A DNA stretch of 56,754 nucleotides from Guillardia theta CCMP2712 (taxonomy: Eukaryota; Protista; Cryptophyta), in assembly GCF_000315625.1 (NCBI RefSeq), contig NW_005434629.1, positions 168,153 to 224,906 on the forward strand, given 5' to 3'. Positions 23,901-35,278 of the stretch are shown piece by piece. The notes beneath the pieces are model-generated. The model was not told the DNA's origin, searched no databases, and saw only the letters and a list, made by a program, of their open reading frames with translations. Made by a program: the position numbers and the translations under genes. Position 1 is the stretch's first letter. Every line of letters begins with the position of its first letter.

Positions 23901-24309
23901 AGGGGATGCAAGGAGCAGGGCACGAGGCAGAGACGGGAGGGAGGAGGGAGGGGGTCACAGGGGCAGGGGCCGAGAGGGGGACGGAGGGAAGGGAGGACGG
24001 CTGTTGTAGGGGAGTAGGAAGGGACTTAGAGCCATGAGGCTGTTGTGGTGAGGGAGATGGGGGAGAGAGGGTGTAGTTGTTGTTTGTTCGGCAAGACGGT
24101 TGCAGGGAAGATGTTTAGAGGGCGGCAGACTAGCGTGAGATCTCCTTTGGTGGAGACTTTTATTGTGAAATCAGAAGAGCAATCTAAGATGTGACTTGTA
24201 CATACATGTTGTGCTGATGGCCCTCGAAAGCCTCACCTGGGATGATTGAATCTTGTCAAATCCGATTGTTCCGATTTATTATGCAAAGCATTTTTTCCTG
24301 AATGATATT

Positions 24310-25543
24310 TTCAGATCCACTCAACTTCCGCTTCAATTGATTGAGAAAGTTAGGAATAGGTAAGACGCTTGCACAACGAAGTCGATCCACATCAAGCGCA
24401 ATGAGCGACTGATCGTGAAAGCAAATACATAGGCGCAAGAGGTTGTATCTCGTCGCTGCTTCTCCTTGTCATTCAAGTCACTGTCATGCAGATTCGATGC
24501 ATCCTTCCGATCATCATGCTATGATTCAGCCTGAGCCCAGAAAGACTCATGTCGTTCCGACAGAGATTGTGAGTGAAGAACACATCCAACAGTTTTCACA
24601 CCTGAGCTTGTTCTCCGCGTTGTTGACGCACTATGGCAGATCGATGTCTTGAAGGCAAACTGCGAGATGAAAAAGGGTATTTGAAATCCCTGACTTCCTC
24701 ACGATCTGATTCTTGGACGCCAGCGAATGAAACGCACCAAGTGGAGTTGGAGCATATGGAACATTCGAGCCCAAGGTTCTCTCTGCACTTGGCAGCGAGA
24801 CCATAAACCTCTGACGCGTCTTGCAAAGTTTGACAGATACCACAGGACAAACTTGCCCAGAGCAGTCCGACAGTTCTCAAACTGTTTCGCCCAATGACCG
24901 TTTCTTTCTGAACAAGTCAGCAAACAGCGCATTTGATAATGTTGATTCCAACGATTCGCACATTGTGACTTTGAAGACGTTTACAAACAGACAGCCTGCT
25001 GCAATCAACGTTGCTTTTAAAGCCAAACAATTGGACACGAATCTTTGCGATGCCCGTACACCGTCAAACGATTCAACATACATGTTTGTGTCGTCGAAAT
25101 CTCAGGTAGCTTCGCCTGATGGTTGGATGAGACTCGTCTCAGCTGCAGAAAAAAGTAGCTGTTCTAGCAGCTATTTGTCTGGAGATAGAGAATGGAAATT
25201 CAATAGCATCTGCCGACAATCTAAGGATGAGGTTGCCGATGAATGGGACTCAGTTCTGCAAGGCATAAGTAGGATGGAATCGAGCTTGCCTTGCTCTCAA
25301 GGCAGAGCTGAGGAAGAGGCTTCTCCGTTGCGGATTGCACATGATGATGTCATGATGGGGAATAATGCGGAGACATACGACGTTCACGAAGAAACAACGA
25401 CAGCAGACAATTTTATGTCAGGGTGGTTTTGTGCGAGGGCAAACTGTTTCGTAGGAATGTCGCTTTCATGTTGTAGTTTACAGGCAACTTCTTCTATTCC
25501 CGGCTTCCAGATGTTTAGGGTTTGCTTCTCTGGCAAACGTTGA
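24310..25543 (+). CDS. Hypothetical Ser-rich protein; structure unresolved
   Basis: 240-codon ORF 24821-25543 plus upstream segments with GTAAG/TAG splice signals; no domain recognised. Confidence 0.35.
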
Positions 25544-25730
25544 AAAATGGCTGCGATTTCTATTACTTGAGCATCGTGATGTTGAAGCATTGTAGAATAA
25601 TCTTGGTGACAAAAGTAGCAGCTTTCTTCTTTCTTGCGTGTTTGGCTTTGCACGACACTACGTAGAGAATCAAGGTTTTGTTTAGCACTTGAAGTAAACA
25701 TGTGTATTGTTTCCAACTTTAATCACATGC

Positions 25731-27459
25731 TCAACCTTTCCTTCGGAGTAAGGAAAGGATTTCCAGATAGTTCGGTTCGTCGCCATTCAAAATTCCGTGC
25801 CTGTGACACATTTGTTGTAGTCAACGCAACGGGCGCAGGAGCAAGTGCCGAACAACCTGATTGCCAAGTCTATCATGACGAGAGCAGAGTTGGGTTTCCA
25901 CATGTCAACCTGACGGCAATGAGGTCAGAGACATCGATCGTACGGTCTTCACTCTCAGCTGGCCACAACATCTCACCTGATCCGCCACTGACCGCATCGC
26001 TTCCTCTATCGGCATCTTCTGGAATGAATCCACCTGCTCCCCTCTTAGCCTGCGTCGCATCCCCAACACCCACAGCTCACCTCCCCATCGAGAGCTCTCG
26101 GCACGAAGTCTCGAGGTACCTCAAGATCGTAGCAGAAGAGCGTCTGCGGGGCTGAGGTCAATCATATTCATCTCGGAGGGTTTCATCCTACCTTGGGAGA
26201 CAGGCCCTTGTTCGTGGCGTACATGTAGCTGACAGCTCCGACGGGCCTCGCTGTTGCTGCTACCTGAACGTCTCAAGTCATAGGAGCTACAACTGCCATC
26301 AAACTCTTTCACCTGCTGGGGGATTCCGGCTTCCTCTTCGCATTCTTTGACCACGTTCTCGGTCAGTGAAAGCCCCTGCGGCTGCCCTCCGGCAACGCAT
26401 CTGCGGTACCGTTAGCAAGGGCCTCACGGCTCCAGTGCCCTACTGATCAAGTTTCCCCGGGTAAGTCGCCTTGGTAAGAGCCCTCTGGTACAACCTCCAT
26501 CACTCTGCCAGCCTCCTCAGCCTCTCCCTGACCTTGGCGATCCACACGCTCGTGCCTCGTTCCTCTCTCACGAGTACATTCACGTGGACTCCTGGCATCC
26601 GCGCGGCCAGGATCAGCATGTGAGGAAAGTGCCCTGCTCACTAACCGTACGCGGCAACCCCAAAGTACGGGACGCAACCCCGTTCAAGAAGGAGCGCGGG
26701 AGGCTTGTTGAAGGCAGAGGAGACCTGGAGGCAGGGTGAGGAGAAGCCTTCAATCAGCGGAACAACGGCACCTGCTGCAGCTCTCCCCGCCAGCCTCGCA
26801 TCTCTCCTCTCTCAAACAAAACCTTAACCTGGGGTGGGGGGGAGGGGCACACGAACGTGTGTCAGAGTAGTTCATGGGGGATGGCGAGCAACCATGTCGT
26901 TGACCGCGGCCGATCGGTCATGCAGCTGAGGATGATCAGACAGAAGGTTCTCGTGCAGACCGACGTTTCCTGCCAGACGTCTCAGGGGAGGCGGGGCGCT
27001 CTCAAAGGTGCCATTGGGGCGAACCAGGCATGAACGAGGAGCCGTCTTCACTGCACTGGGGCCACTCGAAGGTGAAGACCTTCTGCTTGGTCTCAAGCTG
27101 GAGCGAATGCAGTCTTGTTGCAAACTCCTTTCTCAACCACCCTAGTTGTTCACTTTCAATGCTGAAGGGAATGAAATCTGTGGTCTTGTATGAGTTGAGC
27201 ATCTGCCAAATCCGTAAATTCGACAGACAGCAGTGAGATGGATTACTTTGCAGTGGTCCAGCAAATTTTCTGTGTTCAAAACACGTTGATCACCATGCAC
27301 TGAAGCCATGCATTTCCAACCATTATGCCGCCCATCCCTGTTGACTTTTGGTCTCGAACCATGATTTCTCCACACACGCACTTTCCACCCGAAAGCAGCG
27401 CAAGAAGCAATGGACTCTGCGAGAAAGATGCAGAACAATGTTGTTGTTCTACATTTCAT
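25731..27459 (-). CDS. Nudix hydrolase of the plant NUDT20/yeast YJR142W type, probably plastid-targeted; multi-exon
   Basis: Nudix box region CVAGGQPQGLSLTENVVKECEEEAGIP (about 26320-26400); N-terminal region FIPFSIESEQLGWLRKEFA and DRSAAVNDMV; C-terminus EPNYLEILSLLRR; leader MKCRTTTLFCIFLAESIASCAAF. Confidence 0.85.
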
Positions 27460-27939
27460 CTGCAAGGAATGACAAGCATCAGATTTGAAAATAATCAAAA
27501 TCGAGAAGGCCAGGTCATGATAACCAAGAAACTACTTTCAACCTCCTCACTCTATTCTCACATCAGATCGCTCTTTCATCCTCCTGATTCTCCAGCATTC
27601 TTCGCGCTCATTTCTCCTCCTGTCGTCTCCTATCGTCTCCTGCCCTCTCCTCTCCTCTCCTCGCTCTTGTGTCCTGCATGTGTTCTGCACTACTGCGCCT
27701 TCCCTTTCTGCTTCCCTTTCCCATTTACATCTGTTTTTTCTTTTTTTCTTTTTGTTTATTTTACAGTGTCAACTAATGACAACTCTCACTTTCGCGAAAT
27801 TTATGAAATATTCCTTGAAAATTTTGAAAATATCTTTACAAATTTAATACAACTAAGTGAATTGATACCCGTCTTCATCAGTAGCGTGTACGGGCTGCGT
27901 TCTTTTACATAGAGGGAGGGGTGGTGGTTTGACTGGTCC

Positions 27940-28960
27940 GATGGTGGGGTGGGGGGGACGAAGGAGGATGATGGCACGGGGTTGGCAGGCGAGGGTATCG
28001 CCGAAGAAGGTGGGGCAGCGAGGATATGCGTTTGTGCTGGGACTTGTGGCTCTTGTAATCATGTACTACATGCTGGACCCGTTGTTCGATACCCTCCCTT
28101 CTGCTGCGGAGAGGATGAAGGGACGAGGGGAGTGCGTGCAAGGAAAGCTGGGAGGGGGGCGATACGCGATCGTAACCCTGATATCAAACTTCCAGATGAA
28201 GTACATCGAGAGTGCAGTCGTGTTGATCAGATCTATTAAGTGGTTCGGAAAGCTCCCCTGTGACTTTGAGTTCATCGTCTATGTGCTGGACACCGTCACC
28301 AAGCAGAAGTCCTACTTGGCCCATGCCTCGATCCTCACAGACGCTGGCTGGAAAATACAAGTTGTGCCTCTGATCCCTCCGCCAGAGTATGTGAATAGTC
28401 AGACATCAGAAGAGAAATTCCTCCCGATGTTTTCAAAGTTACACGTCTTCAATGCCACTTCCTATCGAGGCATCCTGTACCTGGACTCGGACGTCATGGT
28501 GTTGGGCCCGATATCAGAACTCTTCACGGACTACGTTACAAGGATGCAGGAGAAGAAGTCATATCTTGCATGGGTAAGAGATCAACCGCAGACAGACTTC
28601 CCAGGCTACAACTGTGGTGTGATGCTTGTTCGGCCGGATGCAACGGTGTTCGAATCCTTGGTGAAAGGGAGACTTGAGATCAAGAACTACAACCACCACT
28701 GGGCAGAGCAGGGCTACATGAATGAGTACTTTGTCCGGCACAGAGATGAAATGCTGGAGCTTCCTCCCAGGTTCAACGTCCTTGCCAACATTCCCACGGA
28801 AAACACGACGCTGTGGAAGGACTTGAAGCAAGATGTGAGGATATTGCACTTCACCATTGTGAAGCCTTTCTTCTTCTTGAGCCCGGTCGCTTGCTACGTG
28901 AAGAAGATAATGAGCTTCTGCTCCTCGTGGGAGTACGTCCGAGACGCAAAACCAACATGA
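27940..28960 (+). CDS. Glycosyltransferase family 8 (glycogenin-like) type II membrane protein, intronless
   Basis: TM segment AFVLGLVALVIMYYM; motifs YAIVTL, FSKLHVF, LYLDSD (DxD), YNCGVMLVRP, EQGYMNEYF and ILHFTIVKP. Start may be 27940 or 27968. Confidence 0.92.
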
Positions 28961-29251
28961 TGGGTGGGCTTGGCGCGTTTGGGCCCGTGAGTTACGTGCT
29001 TCACACTACACTTGCAACAGACTCATGAACGATGACGATGATGACCGTTTCTCAACCGGACAATGATATACTCTCATCTTGCATCAAAATGATGGAGAGA
29101 TTGTCTTCGCATTCCCAGTCCAGTCAGCTCAGGGGGTGAAGAGAAATCTGGTCGATGCCTCGAAAGGCTTCAAATGACACACAGTCTTTCAGACTTTCTT
29201 GTCTCTTTCGCTTCATTACTGCAGTCTCGCTAATTTTTGATGATTAAACTC

Positions 29252-29398
29252 CATGTTGTTGTAACTTGGGAGCATTTTTCTGCACCTTCATGTTGTTGTA
29301 ACTTGGGAGCATTTTTCTGCACCTTCATGTTGTTGTAACTTGGGAGCATTTTTCTGCACCTTCATGTTGTTGTAACTTGGGAGCATTTTTCTGCACCT
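29252..29398. repeat. 37-bp tandem repeat, 4 near-perfect copies (CATGTTGTTGTAACTTGGGAGCATTTTTCTGCACCTT)
   Basis: Copies start at 29252, 29289, 29326 and 29363. Confidence 0.97.
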
Positions 29399-29915
29399 CA
29401 CTCTGTGTTGCTTCATTTCCCCTTCATTCCTCTAGTCATTTGGATAACACCGCAACATAAACATCCCTTTGCCTTGCTGTCGGTCCGCATTCCAAAAGCT
29501 CCTGCCTGCACAGACGCCATGGCTTGCGAGCAAGTGTTTGAGAGCATGCAGGGTTGACACAGGATTCATCGTTGTAAGATCCTCTCTTGCACTGAGACAA
29601 CTTCGCTGCTATCTTCTCTCTGCATGTCAAACATGATTCTTTGACTGGATGCTGCATGAAGTTGACCCCCTCCTAGTCTTCCCTATCTTCCATCCTGCCT
29701 TGTCTTCTTCCCCTCCTCCTCCACGCGCACGCGCGAACTCCCTGACCCCTTCCCACTCCCCACTGTTGCCCCCAATCTTGTTTTCAGACTCGTGGAAAGG
29801 ATTTGTCGGGGGCTTATCAAGAGGACGCAACGCTGAGGCAGACGAGGAGGAAGTGGAGGCGGAGAAAGAGGAGCCACAGAGGGCAGGAGGAGCATAGAGG
29901 CGCGTTGAGGGAGTC

Positions 29916-31201
29916 ATGGCGACGAGGACGGGAGAGGGTGCGATGCTTCCGTCTCTCAAGTTTGATGCATGCTCCTGTTGCCACCAGAAGAGGTGAGCGA
30001 GAGTCTCCTTGAGTTGTCCTCTCTCCGTATCAGCTGACTCTTGTTTGTTCTACTCTGTGTTGCTTTCTTTGCTTTGTTGTGCATTATGAATGTTCTGTAT
30101 TGTTGTGTATTGCAATGAATTGCTTTCTTGGTTTTGTTTTGGTTCGTTTGGTTGTCTGGGTTTTATGCAGAGGTTGGTGGACTCTGTGTCCGGGAGAGCT
30201 CTGCTTCCGCTTCCAGACCTCGGCTGAGCGGGGGCTTCAGGTAATGTGCCCCTGTGCGAGCTGAAAGGTGACGCGTGCTCGTTAGCAGGATGTGGTCACA
30301 GCGAGGATGGGGCAGTGCGGTCTGAACAAAGTGGACAAGAGTCTGCCGGACATGCAGGAACTGAGAAGGAGAGTCGAGACTCTTCGTAGCTGCTTGTTGA
30401 CGACGTTCTTCTGCTCATCTGCAGCTGGTGGAGGAAGGGGACTCATCCTTTGTTGGCCCTGAATGTTGTTTGTACAGCTCTCGTGGGCGCGATCAGAAGA
30501 ATGGGCAAGGTCCTCCCGCTGCCAGACCCAGCCTTGCTCTCGAGCCTCGGACTATCTCTCGGGTCTTTGTTCCTCTTCCGCAGAGTCCACAAGTTGTCTT
30601 GCGACGTCTCGCGCGCCCTTGGCTGTATCATGGGGTACGACCATTCTTCGGCTGTTCGAGTAGTGCGCGATGGATCAGTGAAGGAGGTAGAGGCCTCCCT
30701 GCTTGTCCCTGGCGACATGATCATCGTCTCTCGAGGGCACGTCTCGGCAGATTGCAGGATCTTGTCGGCTGAAGGGCTGGTAGTTGAGCCTGTCAGCGGT
30801 AAGACGGGAGGAGGAGGAGGAGGAGGAGGAGGAGGAGGAGGAGGAGGAGGAGGAGGAGGCCGTGAGATGGACGAGGCCTCATGGAGGTTTCAGGTACATC
30901 TTTCACGGCATCGACGGCGAGAGGGGAAGAAGATTCAGAGCCACGAGTGTCTGATTGTGCTGTGCTTGCACATTCAGAGGTTGTGGGGTAAGCACTTTTC
31001 TCAATGATGCTGAAGGAGCTGCGATGACAGTGACCTGACAGGGGCAGAGGGCTTGCAATGGTGACAAGGACAGGTAAGAAGAATGCTTGTACCCGACGTT
31101 TGGTGAAGAGTTAAGCAGGTGAAAACGTGAATGTGATCCGGGTCTTGTCTCGTCTCAACAAGTTGTCCATGTTGGAGCTAACTCTCATTGATGTGACATG
31201 A
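29916..31201 (+). CDS. Truncated/divergent P-type ATPase N-terminal module (cation-ATPase N region, TM1-2, actuator domain); possibly a pseudogene
   Basis: LCFRFQTSAERGLQ..ARMGQCGLNKV; VRVVRDGSVKEVEASLLVPGDMIIVSRGHVSADCRILSAEGLVV; GAEGLAMVTRTGEN. No TGES or DKTGT motif found before the stop. Confidence 0.65.
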
Positions 31202-31472
31202 AACTCTTCAAACTCTTACAATCCTCCGCGCGTGACGTTTCGTGATCCCACATGCTCGATTCACATTCAGCTCATGCCACGTCAAGCCTTGAGCACTGCA
31301 TGTCTTCATAGACCTTCGTTGTCGTCTTTGTGCTTCGCAATCGACCTGTGGCACGGTCAGGGATGCGGTACTATACAGTCCTGCTTTCCTTAGGTCAAGC
31401 ATTATCTCTTCGTTTGTTCTGTTGAAGAACACCCCGTCGGATGCTCCCTGTTGCAAGTTACAAAAGATGATT

Positions 31473-33850
31473 TCAAGTTGTCGTCCTTGACAAAGTTTCA
31501 AGCATCTATTCTCTCGCCTTCCAAGCCCTCTCCCCTCCTATTCATCTTTCTTCTTTCTTGTCAGCTCTTTTCCCATCCTTCCCTCTCCTCCCCTGCCCTC
31601 CCCTGCCTTTCTCTGCCTATTCCTCTGCAACCGCAATCAACACAAGATTCTCGTAATCACCTCCCCCAATTCGTGACTGCTCTCTGACTGCCTGACAGCG
31701 AACTGCGACGCTGAGGAGGGGTCTTCACCGCCAGCTCCCTGCTCGTCAATGTTATGGCCGTTGAATACAACGTGAGAGGAAGGAGCGGGAGAGGGAGCGG
31801 GGAGAGGGACAGGCAAGGCTTGACCCATTCGATGCGCGGTGGAGGTTTCGCCGGCGATCTCTTGCTACGCAAACGTCTCACCCCTGGGGCTCTGCTCCGG
31901 TCTCGTTACCTTGCCCACTTCTCCATCACCTCCACCGCCTTGGAAGACTCGCCTAGCGGTAGGTCAGCCAATTTCTGAGGGAGCGGCTCTGCGCATCGAC
32001 CTTGATCGAGGTACATCTGAAGTTGTTGGAGGGTCGACGATTCTGACGTATCCAATAATGACCCCTGCCCTCAGGGTCTCAGTGCTGAGATTCATTGTCA
32101 GTGACTTGCCTTGGGGAAGAGTTTCCTCCGAATCTCTTTTCTGATCTCGAAACGTGTCAAGTCGACAAGAAAAGGAAGAGACGGTTTGGCAGCAAGTAGA
32201 CGAACAGGGAGGATGGATGAAACTAAATCAGCACCTGTACTTCCTGGCTTGCATTTCATACCCCGACTCATCTTGAAAAAGAAAAAAATCACGCACGCAC
32301 ACCATGGCCTGACAATCAAAAACCCACCCTCGACGACAATCTTAAGCACCTCATCTCTGTCAGGGATGAGCTGAAAGAAATCTCAACGGGCGCAATGACG
32401 AGCAAAAGCGACGGAAACCTGCAGACCGGTCTCTCTCAGGCAGCTCAGTTCACACCCGACTTGATCTTCAAAGAGCTGGAAATGCATGTGAGTACGTTAG
32501 GGACGTGCGGCAAACTTATCAACCGCTCCCAAGTCTCTCGGATGGAATTCTCCGTCCCTGTGACGGGTTCCAAGTATACAATCACACAAGCTCTTGTCCA
32601 GAGTGCAAGAATTCACCGCACAATGCAGGAAAGCTCTGTGTTATTCTATCTCATCAACATTCAGTAAGGATCAACAGCCCGAGCGCTACAACCTCTGAGA
32701 TATGAACAAACCCTTCTGTTGTCAACCATAGTTCCATCTTCACAGCATTACAAGGGTGCCACGTCGAGGGAAAAGCTCTCACAGTCGTCTTCTCGTGAGT
32801 TATGAGAATGTACGGCCCAACATTCCTCCAGTACCAGTAGGGCCCCAGTAGGATTCCTGCACTCTCAGGTAAGCCACCGCTGTCGCTAGGAACGGTTCGA
32901 AACATCCACCCTCATCAGGCATGTAGAAGCCTTTTCCTTGCAGCAGAGCATCCACGAAAATTTTCCCGATGTTGTGCTGTCGAGGGAGACTTGTTGTAAG
33001 TTTCAACCAAGAAGGCAGATAAGCTCACAATGTATTCCGTCTCCGACCGTAAAGTGCAGTTTTGCCAGGGGCAATGCCTGCAGCACGGCAGTCAGGCAGC
33101 TTGCAAAGACAACTACCACTGATGGCGTCTAGCGGGTAGACCTGTCGGTCAGGATGCAGCTGGAGTCCGAGAACAAGAAGTACGAGCCTGCGTTTTCTTT
33201 CGGCATCATTCTCACGAGAGCATCAGGAGTGAGTCCATAGAAGCTTAACAACGTCTTGTGGTCAGTGTGCATGGCGACCAAGTGCTGGTCGCTGAGGCCT
33301 TGCCAACATGTGAGAAACTCTCGATCCTCTCAATCTCCTGCTCACCTCCTACGATAAACCTCCACTTACTCGCCGCAGTCCCTTCTGCGCCAGGCTCCCT
33401 GTGCAAGCCACGGGTTGGTGCGAGCCACGGGTTGGTCGAGTTTCGCCCATCACAACTTACCTAACATTACAAACGAAGTTCATGTCGTAGATATTTCGTC
33501 CTTGACTATCAAACTCCTCATCCGGTCTGACGTCAGGAAACGTGGGTCTGATTGCATCCAACGTCTCTTTCTTGAATTCCCTTGCCATCTCCTCCAACGT
33601 CGCATTTGACCCAGGGGCAAATCGGTACAAGAGAACGTTATCCGAGCTACTGCTCAGATCTAGATCGTCAGCACCTCCCCGCAGTCTTGAGACGGAGGTA
33701 ACATCAGGACGAGACAGGGAAAGGGAGACAGGATGGCGTTCGAACCTAGTCCCCAAGGATCCTACAAGATATAACAAGTCAACCTTGAAGTCTGCAGGAA
33801 AAGACCAGAGAACCAAGGAGTGAAGAGTAGAGGATAGCAGCGGGGATCAT
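31473..33850 (-). CDS. Multi-exon hypothetical protein with signal peptide and RLRGG motif
   Basis: Leader MIPAAILYSSLLG spliced (about 52-nt intron) to SLGTRFE..SRLRGGADDL..; further protein-like exons such as GKIFVDALLQGKGFY..FEPFLATAVAY. Internal structure uncertain. Confidence 0.55.
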
Positions 33851-34143
33851 CCTGTCTCATGGCTCCTCATGCGCTTTACTGTGAAACCATGCTGGTCGGC
33901 GGATCCTGGAGGATGGTCAGGCTGAATCGTTCTTGGATCTCCTCTCTTTAGAGCTGGATTCGCTGTGGACAACCTCACTCTCCCACCTCTCTCCGTCTCT
34001 GTCTCCCTCCCTCCCTCCCTCCCTCTCATCTGTCCCTCTCTGTCCCTCCCTCTTCCTCTCTCTCTCCCTCCTTCAGCACGCTTGCGCCATAATAAGGCGC
34101 ATCGCCCAGACACGGAAAATATGATGGTGCTCTTGTAAAAGAT

Positions 34144-34149
34144 AAAAAA
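34144..34149 (-). terminator. Pol III terminator (T6)
   Basis: T6 run on the minus strand, 6 nt past the tRNA-Ser 3' end. Confidence 0.8.
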
Positions 34150-34155
34150 GAAATT

Positions 34156-34237
34156 CGACATCGGTGAGATTCGAACTCACGCGGGGAGACCCCAGCAGAT
34201 TTCGAGTCTGCCGCCTTAACCGCTCGGCCACGATGTC
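34156..34237 (-). tRNA. tRNA-Ser(CGA)
   Basis: Reverse complement GACATCGTGGCCGAGCGGTTAAGGCGGCAGACTCGAAATCTGC..GTTCGAATCTCACCGATGTCG: paired acceptor stem, anticodon CGA, long variable arm, G discriminator. Confidence 0.97.
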
Positions 34238-34249
34238 ATCTCACGTCTG

Positions 34250-34322
34250 TGCCCCCACTGAGGATCGAACTCAGGACCTTTCGCTTACGAAGCGAACGCA
34301 CTACCAACTGTGCTATGGAGGC
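34250..34322 (-). tRNA. tRNA-Thr(CGT)
   Basis: Reverse complement GCCTCCATAGCACAGTTGGTAGTGCGTTCGCTTCGTAAGCGAAAGGTCCTGAGTTCGATCCTCAGTGGGGGCA; anticodon CGT. Confidence 0.97.
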
Positions 34323-34349
34323 AGCTCGCCTCAGAGCATCTTTTTGTCA

Positions 34350-34357
34350 ATATATAA
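34350..34357 (-). promoter_or_regulatory. Upstream TATA element of the tRNA pair
   Basis: TTATATAT about 28-35 nt upstream of mature tRNA-Thr, the usual TFIIIB position. Confidence 0.55.
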
Positions 34358-34379
34358 CGTGGCATGTTTTTCATTTTAG

Positions 34380-34790
34380 CTCAGTGCCGCCCGGGCCGGC
34401 TTCTGAGCCCGGCTGCTCCGAGGCTTTCACTGATCAGGTTTGTCAGGCTCCCGGCGCAACTTTGAAACAGTGAATGTGAAGTTCAGCGCCGGGCAGCAGC
34501 AGACAGCGCCGGCCGCCGGGGCCGGGGGGGTCGGAGTCATGAACTCGGAAAGCGGGCGCCGCCCCGTACCGGCGGTCCGATCCGGCATCCCGGGCCGCCG
34601 CCGGCCGGGCCGGGCGTTACCGGTGGCTGAGCCTCCGAGGGTTGATGAGGGCAGTGGGGTGCTACTAGCCGACGGTACTACACTACCGTACTACAGTACG
34701 CCGTCACGAGGGGGGGTACTAGTAGGAGGAGTCGGGGAGGAGGGGTAGTCACGGTAGTACCGATTGAGGAGGACCTACCTTGAGGGTGAC
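34380..34790. repeat. CGG/CCGG-rich intergenic island
   Basis: CCGGCCGGGCCGGG, GACGGTACTAC and GGGGTCGGAGTCA words shared with other islands. Confidence 0.6.
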
Positions 34791-35278
34791 CTCCCGGCAC
34801 ATGTCTTGCCAACACTGTTCAAAATGAAAGCCGCTTAGCATGCTGCTTTGCTCCTCTCTCCTCGTGGCTCGAGACTGCCGCTCCCCTTCTAGCTGCTGTC
34901 TTGCACGCAGCTCCTTGCTCTCGCTCTGAACATCAGTTTATGTTACCTGGGACTATCTCTTCCCCTCGTTTCCGACCTGCTCTGCTGAGCTTGTTGTTTG
35001 TTTACTTTTGCCTTGCGTTTTTCAATTCTAATATGCAACAACGCTTTTTCTTCTTCGATCAATTTCTCATTTTCATGCTGTTCCCTCCTCACCTGCTGGA
35101 TCTGTCTTTGGTACTTGAATCATCAACCTTGCCATGACTTTCAATATAAATGTCCTGCGATGTTGCACCCAAGTCCATCGAAAAATTGTTGTAAAATGAT
35201 TTCGTGTGATTTATTGAAAGCGTGCTTTGACAACATCTCCACAGTCGATCGTTGGAGCAGAGTGAAATCTCTGTGAAT

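Noticed and set aside
29252-29398. CRISPR-like 37-bp repeat
   Set aside because: Head-to-tail copies without spacers; an ordinary minisatellite.
33761-33782. Ultra-short 22-nt GT-AG intron
   Set aside because: An upstream donor gives a normal-sized intron of about 52 nt in the same phase.
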